Assembly: GCA_043228905.1 (NCBI GenBank)
Contig: JBHGNT010000854.1
Span: 1 to 14,592 of the forward strand
Source: Azolla caroliniana
Lineage: Eukaryota > Plantae > Polypodiophyta
DNA length: 14,592 nucleotides
Direction: 5' to 3'
Below the pieces are notes generated by a model, which had not been told where the DNA came from, did not search any database, and worked only from the letters and a program-made list of their open reading frames with translations. This document shows positions 1-8,913 of this stretch, piece after piece. The number at the start of each line of letters is the position of its first letter. The first letter of the stretch is position 1. The position numbers and the translations under genes are program-made.

Positions 1-14
1 ATTGTGGTCGCCCA
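1..14 (-). other. Putative primer-binding site, cut by the window edge
   Basis: The minus strand reads ...CCATTAACA-CTTTT-TGGGCGACCACAAT: an LTR end, a short spacer, then a TGGCGAC-like motif with one extra or substituted G. The layout matches the clearer junction at 10358..10390. The tRNA identity is not established. Confidence 0.45.
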
Positions 15-19
15 AAAAG

Positions 20-239
20 TGTTAATGGTTTTAGGGTTATGGTAAAGGATGATAATAACAAAGATGGAAATAGGGTTAATGATGATCATTGATAATGAAG
101 ATTGAAATGGTGATTGTGATGATAATAGGGCAGTGATGGGGATTGAGATGGCAAAGATGTTGAGAAGCATTGTGGGGTGGGGGGTGGTGCCTAGAATGGG
201 TCCACTCCCCTCCCAAGGGGGTTCAATGTAAGGGAAGAG

Positions 240-270
<31 letters not shown>

Positions 271-570
271 GATTGAGAGAGAAATCTTCCTTATGTCTTT
301 CATTCATTCCCCATAAGGGGTTAAATAGTTACAAGAGGGGGTAGATACATAGGGGTGCAAACCCCTTTTGCCATTCAGACTAATCACTCACTCACACCTC
401 CTTGTATCTGTCCACATGCACACACGTATCTACTCACACTCACATATACACGTGTACACATACGTATCTACTCACACTCACAATTACACTTGTGCACATA
501 CACATACACACCAACACATTACATCTCTTACCCTCACTTATCAATCTCCCGTATGTCTCGTACGGTAACA
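20..570 (-). mobile_element. LTR (551 bp), probably the 5' LTR of a Ty3/gypsy-type element whose body lies left of the window
   Basis: It starts TGTTAATGG at 20 and ends GGTAACA at 570 (TG..CA; TGTTA/TAACA inverted ends). On the minus strand a TATA-like TATTTAA (321..327) is followed by a CT-rich tract, and a PBS-like motif is adjacent. The superfamily assignment is inference. Confidence 0.7.
233..284. repeat. (GA)n/(TC)n microsatellite-like tract inside the LTR
   Basis: Directly visible GAGAGAAAGAGAGAG run. Confidence 0.9.
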
Positions 571-819
571 CATAAGGGGTTAAATAGTTACAAGAGGGGG
601 TAGATACATAGGGGTGCAAGCCCCCTTCGCCATTCACACTAGTCACTCACTAACACCTCCTCGTATCTGTCAACATGCACACACGTGTGCATGTGTACAC
701 ATACATACCTACTCACACTCACAATTACACTTGTACACATACACATACACATCAACACATACATCTCTCACCCTCACTTATCACACTTATCAATCTCCCA
801 TACGTCTCGTACCGTAACA
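312..819. repeat. Tandem direct repeat: 312..570 (259 bp) and 571..819 (249 bp); the second copy is a U3-only piece of the same LTR
   Basis: Both copies begin CATAAGGGGTTAAATAGTTACAAGAGGGGGTAGATACATAGGGGTGCAA and end GTCTCGTAC(G/C)GTAACA. The interiors are CA/TACA-rich with indels. Confidence 0.95.
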
Positions 820-820
820 A

Positions 821-1255
821 ATTTCAATCGGGAGGGGTAGTGACAAGCTTACACTTTGTCATCCCAAACTTGAAGAGCATATTGAGAATATAGTGTCATT
901 GGGAGATCATGATACCATAAGGAGTCTAAATTACTTCTATACCTAGAAAGTAATGGTGTTCCTTCATGTCTTTCATTTCGAATCGGCTAGAGAGTAGCTT
1001 TTTGATATGTTCGATATCTACTAAATGCTCTCCTCCAATAACCAAGTCATCCACATATATTATGATAAATACCTGTCCTCTGGAGTCGCTTCAGATGAAC
1101 AAAGAATTGTCCGATTTGGTGAAGATATTGCATTTTCTTCGAGTGCCAGGATCTAGGTGCCTGCTTGATGTTGTAGAGATGCTTTTTGAGTCGTCAGACA
1201 GTAGCCGGATGCGTACTCGACTTGAATTCAGGTGGTTGTTGTTAGGTATACGTCC
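821..1255 (-). pseudogene. pol: Ty1/copia reverse transcriptase fragment
   Basis: Manual minus-strand translation across frameshifts gives QPPEFKSSTHPATV*RLKKHLYNIKQAPRSWH, KSDNSLFI, VFIIIYVDDLVIGG, RFEMKDMKEHHYFLGIEVI*TPYGIMISQ*HYILNMLFKFGM. These are canonical copia RT motifs (KQAPRxW, YVDD, FEMKD, YFLGIEV) with stops. Confidence 0.93.
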
Positions 1256-1259
1256 ATCC

Positions 1260-1403
1260 TGTGGGAGGAGCCGATTGTTCGGTTGAGTAAGAGCCGACAA
1301 TCGAAGACAAGGAGTAGCTGACTTTTCGGGCTGAGAGCCGACAATCGAAGACACGAAGAGTCGACATGGAGAGTCAACTAGGAAAGTTGATTATATATAT
1401 AAG
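1260..1403 (+). repeat. Perfect 20-bp direct repeat within a possible U3/LTR remnant
   Basis: AGAGCCGACAATCGAAGACA occurs at 1290..1309 and 1334..1353. The segment begins TG at 1260 where RT homology stops and ends in a TATATATATAA tract just before gag sequence. The repeat is certain; the LTR interpretation is inference. Confidence 0.5.
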
Positions 1404-1409
1404 TGATCC

Positions 1410-3097
1410 AAGTTGAAGACACGACTGACTAGATGGTCAATGACAATTGCCCTCCTATCGAGCTTGCCGGCGAGTTGGGAGGTATTCTGTACGACATACG
1501 CCAATAGTCGACCGATCCTAAATTTGGATGAGATGATCGGCCAAGTCCTCACCGAGGACATTCGGCAAAAATTGATGGGACTTACCATCGACGAATCGGC
1601 AGAAGCCATCACTCGACCGACAGAGTCGAACGAGAGAACAAGCTAAGAGAACCAGTCGGAATACAAACCGATCAAAATCGAGGGGAAACTGACAACGGTC
1701 GAAGTCGGGAATGGGCCGATCAGGCGAATTCTGCACACATTGCAGAAAAGTTGGCCACAATGTTTTGAACTGCCGATCAATCAAGAGGAAAGAGAGTAGT
1801 CGGCGATCCGAGTGGAATCCAGGATGACCCAACTCGGACCACTCCCCAGTCGGCAACCAAATCAACGTTGCTGACTCCCGATCAGGAGAAGTTCTCTCCT
1901 TAGAGGATTCAGTGATCGGAGAAGTCCTCTACAGTGCACAGGATGCACACACGTGGCTACTGGATTCCGGTGCCACATTTCACGTGGACCCCAACATAGA
2001 ATGGTTTTCGAACTATTCGACCGACACTAGTGGCACAATCCGTCTAGGCAACGGGCAGGAGTGCAGAATTGTAGGGACGGGAGAGGTTCCCATTCGATTG
2101 CCAAATGGCAAGTTGCAACACAATAACCCTGCACCGAGTTCGGCATGTACCTGATCTGAAAAGGAGTCTGGTCTCCATCGGCATGCTAGCCGAAGATGGG
2201 TACAAAATGACTCTAAGTGAGTCGGTATGGATGATCAATCAAGGAAACCTGAAGATAGGAGGCGGGCACAAGTGCACCAACCTGTACCCATTAATGGAGA
2301 TCAATGTAGAAGGGGCAATGAACTTAGCCGAAAAGACTAATCCAAACTAATGGCATGGCCGACTCGGTCACAAGTCTCAAGCCGGACTTGATCGGCTGAT
2401 GGCGGTAGGCTACATCCCAAAACTCCAAGCGAAGATGAACTTCTGCGAGCATTGTCAATACGGGAAATAGATCCGAAGTCTGCATACTCTCAACTATGAG
2501 ACGATACGACAACCCCTAAAGCTCGTGCACACAGATATCCTTCAATGGACAAGGAGAGAGAGCTTAATGGAAAGATGCCCTACGCATCGGGCATAGGAAG
2601 TATCATGTACACAATGGTGGTGACCCGACCCGACCTAGCCTATGTTGTAGGAGTGGTCAACCGGTACATGTCAAACCCAAGATGGAAGCATTGGGAGGCC
2701 TTCAAGCACATCTTCAGGTACATGAGAGGGACCGAAGATACACAGTTGACTTTCAGAGTAACAACCTTAGCCAAAGTCGAAGGCTACACTGATTCCGACT
2801 ATGCCGGGAATACGGACAATCGGAAATTGAGATAAGGTTACATCTTCACCTATGGTGGTGGTGCGATATCATGGAGGTCGAAACTTCAAGAGTGCAATAC
2901 ACCCCATCAGCAATCCCGTCTATCATGCAAAGACGAAGCATATTGAGGTGCGGTATCATCACATCCGGGAGCTCACAACCAAGAAGAAGCTCGAAGTCTG
3001 GAAGATCGACACTGAGGTGAACATCGTCGATTGCTTGACAAAGCCACTCCCAGATCAACGCTTTGGAGCACTAAGGAAAAAGATGGGACTACGATAA
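1410..3097 (+). pseudogene. gag-pol: Internally deleted Ty1/copia gag-pol (gag C-half, zinc knuckle, protease, integrase N-terminus, RT C-terminus, RNase H)
   Basis: Motifs in copia order: IALLSSLPASWEVF (gag); CTHCRKVGHNVLNC at 1732..1773 (CX2CX4HX4C); WLLDSGATFH (protease, DSGA at 1963..1974); WHGRLGH, CEHCQYGK and LVHTDI (integrase N-terminus); PYASGIGSIMY..TRPDLAY (RT end); GYTDSDYAG, AISWRSKLQ, NPVYHAKTKHIEVRYHHIRE, DCLTKPL (RNase H). Multiple stops and frameshifts. Confidence 0.95.
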
Positions 3098-3139
3098 GCA
3101 ACCGAGCAGAAGAAAGTTGAATGAGGAGCAGAAGGTAAG

Positions 3140-3206
3140 AGTATGTAAATATTAGTGACCTACCCTCACCTACGTTATGTGTACATAACATACTCCCCTA
3201 CTTCAA
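3140..3206 (-). mobile_element. Short relic of a PPT and 3' LTR start (gypsy-like)
   Basis: The minus strand reads TTGAAGTAGGGGAGTA-TGTTATGTACACATAACG: a purine tract followed by TGTTA at 3190. The left boundary is uncertain. Confidence 0.4.
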
Positions 3207-3214
3207 AAGAGACC

Positions 3215-3750
3215 TACAGGGCCGAAATGATAATGAGGGACATCACGAAAGATAGGTGGTTATCTAGGTTCCCGCGAGTAGTGACACCGAGCATCCATAT
3301 GGAGGTGCTCGAGCTTTAGGCCGACTACCGAAATTGGGCGGAATTCGAGGGGCGGCTCCTCGAAAGGTACGGTTTTGAGAACTCGCTCCGATTGTTGAAA
3401 CGAGAGTTCATGGAGTGGATTGAGAGCCCTAGAAAAGGGGGAAATACTCTGGTGCTCCTCCAAGAGTTCGAAAGGAGATTTGTCGGACTCTCGATATTAG
3501 ACCGGACCATGCTCGACACAAGCAAGGTCCTATTGTTTATTAAGTTTCTCGAGGCGCCAGATCGAGAGAAGGTGGTTCTTCTGTTGAAGACGGATGAAGG
3601 GCTCACAGCCGACTGGGCCGCGATAAAGAGGGTCTACAACCGTTTCGATAAGCAGCGGGGTTGGAACAACGAGGGGTCGTCTATGGCCAGCTCGACCACA
3701 GAGAAAGGTTGGAGGATCCGATTCCGACCCGATCGAAAGAGACAAAACAG
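3215..3750 (+). pseudogene. gag: Gag-like fragment of a Ty3/gypsy-type retroelement
   Basis: A long frame with one internal stop: YRAEMIMRDI..FPRVV..WAEFEGRLLERYG..KREFMEWIE..LLQEFERRF..DTSKVLLFIK..DWAAIKRV. The WxxFxxxLxxxY and xxxFExxF pattern is that of retrotransposon capsid domains. Family assignment is by recognition only. Confidence 0.7.
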
Positions 3751-3917
3751 TGACGTCTCGAGCTCATAGCTCCTTTACCGGTCACGTCCAGTTGTACTCT
3801 TTCTATTCCTCTGATTAATAATTAGCTTTGTTGATTCTCCCATGTGTTTGGGTATCCTTGTGCTTTATTTCTGCTCTTATTCTGTTTGAGAGTGCGTTTC
3901 CGGGAGCATGAGCCCAT

Positions 3918-4323
3918 TGTTAAGAAGACGCTCCGGCTCTTTTTAGTGCAACAACGGATCGTGATGTTTAGGATCGTTTAGGTTTCAAGGGAGAGAGAAC
4001 GGGGGAAGGAGACTCACCTTTGTAGCAGCCCAAAAACGTTATTTTTCATTACCCAAAGAAAACCTCTCTCGTTTGTCTACTTACTTCTATTCTTACTTCA
4101 CTCTTCTACTCATTCTTACTTTTTACCTAAGTATATAAGTTACTTACATATTCAGCTAATTAGTTGTGAGTAGTTAAATAGTTGTGAGTAGCTAAATAGT
4201 TGTGAACAACTAAATAGTTGTTTTACCTATATGTCTAATAGTAGTTAATTTCCGAATAGCTACTATAGAAGATCTCAGTTACCAATAAGCATCACATGCT
4301 TTTGTTGAGATTGTTTTTTAACA
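3918..4323 (-). repeat. 3' LTR of the copia element (406 bp)
   Basis: TGTTAAGAAG...TTTTTAACA. Manual alignment to 8914..9309 gives about 28 substitutions plus a 13-bp and a 3-bp indel (about 93% identity). Confidence 0.97.
4154..4221. repeat. 18-bp tandem repeat (about 3.8 copies) in LTR U3; counterpart at 9153..9216
   Basis: Units of AGCTAAATAGTTGTGAGT start at 4154, 4172, 4190 and 4208 (partial). On the minus strand they lie upstream of TATATA (4132..4137). Confidence 0.9.
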
Positions 4324-4334
4324 CTCCCTCTCAA
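4324..4334 (-). other. Polypurine tract
   Basis: Minus strand TTGAGAGGGAG sits immediately before the TGTT start of the 3' LTR. Confidence 0.92.
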
Positions 4335-4341
4335 GCTCAAC

Positions 4342-7300
4342 TTATCCATTCTTGAGATCATCTTCAGTCTTCTTTCCTTCATGCTTTCCAACTATCATAC
4401 CAATGCTTATAACTCCCATCATGTCCCTAAACCGTGTATGTTTTTCTATGCTTAGTCCCTTCGTAAGAATGTCAACAACTTGCTGATTTGTACTTACATA
4501 CAACAGATCCACTTCTCCATAAATCACTTTTTCTCTAACAAAGTGATAATGCACTTCAATGTGCTTTGTTCTTGCATGGAACACTGGGTTTTTTGCGGGC
4601 TGAATAATGCTCATATTGTCACACCAAATTGTGACTACACCATCTATATACTCTCCCAAATCCTTCATATGAAATTGCATTTCCAATTTTTTCTTCAGCT
4701 TTCTTATTTCATCCATAGAATACCTCCAATGATTAAATCATCAACATAAATAAAAATCACAACAATGCAATCATTCAGAATCTTTACATACAATGATGGA
4801 TCAACCTTTGACATTTTGAAAGCAATTTTTTTTAGAGATTCTGAAAGTTCCTTGTGCCATGCTCTCGGTGCTTGTTTCAGTCCATAGAGAGCCTTTTTCA
4901 GCTTACAAACATATTCTGGATGCTTCTTATTTTCAAATCCTGGTGGTTGACACATGTATACTTCCTCTTATAAGTTACCATGTAAAAAGACATTTTTTAC
5001 ATCCATATGGTGCAGAACCCATCTTTTGGTTGCACTTACAACAAGTACTGTCCTCAAGGTTGCCATTTTTGCAACTGGTGCAAATGTCTCGTAATAATAA
5101 ATTCCTTGCATTTGGGCATATCCCTTTGCAACAAGTCTTGCGTTATGTCTACTTACATTTCCATTGGAATAATGCTTTGTTTTGTAGACCCATTTGCAAC
5201 CTACCACATTTTATCCTTTTGGCAATTTTACCAAATCCCATGTTTTGTTTTAAGCCAATGCATCCATTTCTTCTTGCATTGCATTCACCCATTTCTTCCC
5301 AGCTTTTGCTTCATCAAAACTATTTGGATCAGGGATTTGTACCACTTTAGACATATATGGACAATGCATAGCCATGTATGTATCATAACATTTTTTTTCT
5401 CTCTATCTGATCTTCTCAATTTCTGATTTGCATATTTCATTGCTCTTTCAACACCGGAGAATTTCAGCACTTGTGTACCCATCTCTTCATCCAATGATAC
5501 ATACGAATCTACATCTTCCATGTTTCTAGATCCATCATCAAGCATTTCATATTCTGGCATCTTTTCTTTTCCCTTTCTATCAACATAATTTTTATGTCTT
5601 AGATTTTTTCCACTCCAAGCATTTGAATCAGATTTACTACCAGAGTTTTCAAATGGTCCAATACATTCTATTGATGTTGAACTTTTCTGTCCAACCTTAT
5701 TTCCATTTCCATGGCAATCTCTTGCATTTTCAGATTTATCTTTGTCTTCATTTTCATTGTCTTCATCAGTTTCTACATTTTGTTTTGGGCTGTACCAACT
5801 ACCCAACTCATCAAATATCACATCACGGCTTACTACAATCTTTTTTGTCAACGGGTTATAGCATCTATACCCTTTTTTCTCCTCTGAATATCCTACAAAA
5901 ACACATTTTTCAGCTTTTGGATCAAGCTTCTTACTTCAGTAGGTACATGAACATAAGCAAGGCATCCAAATACTTTTCAAGTGTCCTAAACTAGGTTTCC
6001 TGCCATAAAAACATTCTTCAGGAGTTACTACATGTACTCCAGATGTTATGCATCTATTTAAAATATAGTTTGTTGTGTTTACAGCTTCAGCCCAGTAATA
6101 CAATGGTATATTTTTTTCAGTCATCAAGGCTCTTGCTATGTTTACCGAAGTTCACTTTTTCCTCTCAGCCACTCCATTTGATGTGGAGTATACCTATATA
6201 TGAACTGTCTCCTTATTCTTTGATTGCATAGAAAATCAGAAAATTCATTTGAGAAGTATTCTCCTCCTCCATCAGACCTTAAACATTTTATTCTAGTTCC
6301 AACCTGCTTTTCTACCATGCATTTGAACTTACGAAAACACTCAAATATTTCACTCTTCTCTTTCATGAAGTAAACCCATGTTTCCCTTGAGCAATCATCA
6401 ATGAACGTTACATAAAACCTACAATCACCAATTGATGCATTTTTTGTAGGTCCCCATACATCTGTATGTACCAAATCCAATAAGTTTTTGCTTATATGTC
6501 TTTCATGAGGGAAAGGCAAACTATTTTGCTTTCCATATTGACATGCTTCACATATTTTGCACATCGCACAGTCTTTCAACTTCGGTTGTCCAGCCACTAC
6601 ATTTTTTCTCAACATATTTTGCAAAGTTGCATACTTATGTGTCCCATTCAATTATGCCACATTTCTACATTTGAGATTACATTCATTCCTCCTGCAAACA
6701 TGCGTGTAATCTTTTTAGGCATATCCACATCTAAAACAAACATTCTTCCTTGGCGTTTTTCTTTTGCAATCAGCTTTCCATGTTTCTCTATAAAATACCC
6801 ACTTTGCTTAAACTTTACTTGCATTCCTTGCTCTACTATTTGTCCAACAGAAATTAGATTTTTTGCAAGGTTTCGAACATGCATAAGATTCAACATATAC
6901 TTTGTTTTTCCTCTTTCTTCCAACAATGGAATATCTCCACCATGCTCGATTAACTTAGTAGTATTGTCACATGTCTGTACATAACCAAGAATCTTTGGTT
7001 CTCTTAAACTTTCAAACCAATTTGCATGTCCTGTCATATGATTAGATGCCCCCGAATCTTCATACCACATATAATCTTCATTACATCTCTGTGAACTTTT
7101 AGCCATTGCTGATGTTTCATGTTGTATCACAAAAGCACTCTCTTTGTCACAATTTTTCACTAGTTGAAGCATAGTTATTTTGTTGTCTCTTCCCTCTTTT
7201 TTCATCATTTTGTTTTTTATAACATTGAGCCTATGTATGGCCTAGTTTTCCAAAATACCAACAACCATCATGACTCAAATATGTTTGCTTACCTTTGCCT

Positions 7301-8784
7301 CGATTGCTCCTCGCGTCTCTAATGTTGTTTCTTCCACTTATAGCTTGTTGTCCTCTTCCTCGGCCCCTTCCAGCACTATTGTAGAGAGCTCTCCCCTCAG
7401 TTTCAGAGTTTCCTTTGTTTGTATCTTCAATCTGATTTCTTTCTTCCACTACTAGCATTGAAACCAGATCTACAAAACTTGGGATACTATCCCTTGTGAG
7501 AATGGATGTTTTGAAGTTTTTATATTGAGGTCCTAAGCTTCTTAAGCATAATTCTACTTTATCATCATCTTTATCTTCACATTAATAGAAGCAAGTGATT
7601 CTCATATGCTCTTAATTTTCAGAGCATACTCATTGACTGACATCTTACCTTTTTCCAAGGTATTTAGTTCAGTCTTCAACTGAAGTTTTCTTGCCTTTGT
7701 ATTTATTGCAAACAGTTTCACCAAACTGTCCCAAGCTTCTTTTGGAAGCAGAGCATCTTGTATATTGTGAAAGTGTTTTTAGAATCCAAGACATTGAAGA
7801 TTAGAAGAATATAAAGTATGGATAATTCACATTTGGAGGCTAAGAACATGAACCAAGACCTTAAGAAGAAGTGAAAAGTAAAAGTAAGATACATAGAGAA
7901 AAGTAAAAAGAGAAAAAGCGGGCCATAAAAAATAGTAAAATAGGAATGGTCATACCTCTTTCTTATGTACCCCAAATATCACATTTAAATATGGGTTAGA
8001 AAGCTTATAACAAGCTCTATCTATAGCTTTTTAAATCTCGAAATTTGGAGCTTGGATGAGGGAGATATGACGATTAGAAGGTTGTTGTGTCTTAGCTAAA
8101 TATAGGAGATAAAAAGCTTCTAAAAATAGCGTGAAAGAGGAGGAAGAAGAAAGTTATAAAAGAGGAAGTGATAGTATTAGAAGGGGGGTCCTAATAGAGG
8201 AGGAGGAGCCTTGGGAAGAGGTGTCTTAGTGGAAGAGGAAGGGTCTTAATAGTGGGTTTGAGTGATTGGAAGTAAGAAGGTCTTTGGTTTTTTAGTTCAA
8301 TGTGGAGTTTATCTCCTTTGTATGGACTTGATAATTGAATATTATAACATTCTTACCCCTTTCTCATCTTATCTATCTTTTAAGTAAATTTCTTGAGTCT
8401 CCCTCTCTAATTTGTAGTTATCTTGGGCGTTATTGTCTATTTTAATTCATAACTCTCTCTAATATGCTTGGTCAAGCCCACATATTGTGTACGACAATCC
8501 TTTATCTTATACACCCTATCATATATGTCCAAGCATCGAATCTGAGATGTTAAGTGACAACCAATGCAATACTTTTCTTGGCCCTTGATTCCAATATTTA
8601 AATGCTTTGATTTGAGGAGTAGTTACATTTTCTTCAGAATCTTTGGAGCCTCTTCTAGGTCTCCTTCAATGTAAATCCAGTATTCTTTTCCCATCAGTAA
8701 ATTTGTCATTCTGAATTTTCACGCAGGGAAATTATTTTTATCCAGTTTTTCTGTGACTATTTGGCTTCCACTTTCAGCAACCAT
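4342..8784 (-). pseudogene. gag-pol: Copia gag-pol polyprotein pseudogene, interrupted at 7766..8526
   Basis: ATG at 8784 gives MVAESGSQIVTEKLDKNNFPA*KFRMTNLLMGKEYW. Then a degenerate knuckle CWYFGKLGHT*AQC (about 7225..7263); protease WYEDSGASNHMTG (DSGA at 7047..7058); integrase CEACQYGKQ, LVHTDVWGP, TFIDDCSR, LRSDGGGEY; [51 protein letters not shown] (4737..4748); RNase H CDNMS..NPVFHARTKHIEVHYHFVRE..DILTKGL. Many stops and frameshifts. Confidence 0.97.
7766..8521 (+). mobile_element. Solo LTR (756 bp) inserted in the copia gag
   Basis: It begins TGTGAAAG and ends CCCTATCA (TG..CA), flanked by perfect TATAT at 7761..7765 and 8522..8526. Removing it and one TSD copy rejoins gag as ISDSMLGHI-QDALLPKEAWDSL. 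TATAAAAG at 8155..8162 suggests plus orientation (inference). Confidence 0.92.
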
Positions 8785-8901
8785 CTCTCTTTTTCAATAT
8801 GGCTTTAGCTACGATTAACTTCAACAAGAACCTCTCTTATTCAGATCAGCAAATGGAGAAATTTTCTCATATTTGTATTGTTCTTCTTTACGAGCAACTT
8901 T

Positions 8902-8913
8902 GATCTGATACCA
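8902..8913 (-). other. Primer-binding site, initiator tRNA-Met type
   Basis: Minus strand TGGTATCAGATC follows the 5' LTR directly, an 11/12 match to the canonical plant TGGTATCAGAGC. Confidence 0.95.

Noticed and set aside
1-8. ATTGTGGT matching 10901..10908 as the partner TSD of the gypsy element
   Set aside because: It is not followed by the 10380-type LTR and is better explained as part of a PBS-like motif.
355-893. His/Thr-rich ORFs (355..603, 368..568, 614..817, 675..893 and antisense 440..646)
   Set aside because: They are translations of CA/TACA low-complexity LTR sequence, several lack an ATG start, and they show no domain.
4154-4221. Short periodic repeats as a CRISPR-like array (also 1290..1353)
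   Set aside because: The units are contiguous or present in only two copies, lack unique spacers, and sit in eukaryotic LTR context.
4480-7455. Plus-strand ORFs such as 4859..5350, 5007..5426, 5623..5994 and 6496..6984
   Set aside because: They are antisense shadows of the copia pol with no independent motif.
7718-7975. 85-aa Phe/Leu-rich minus-strand ORF
   Set aside because: It is the complement of an A-rich part of the solo LTR and runs across the insertion junction.
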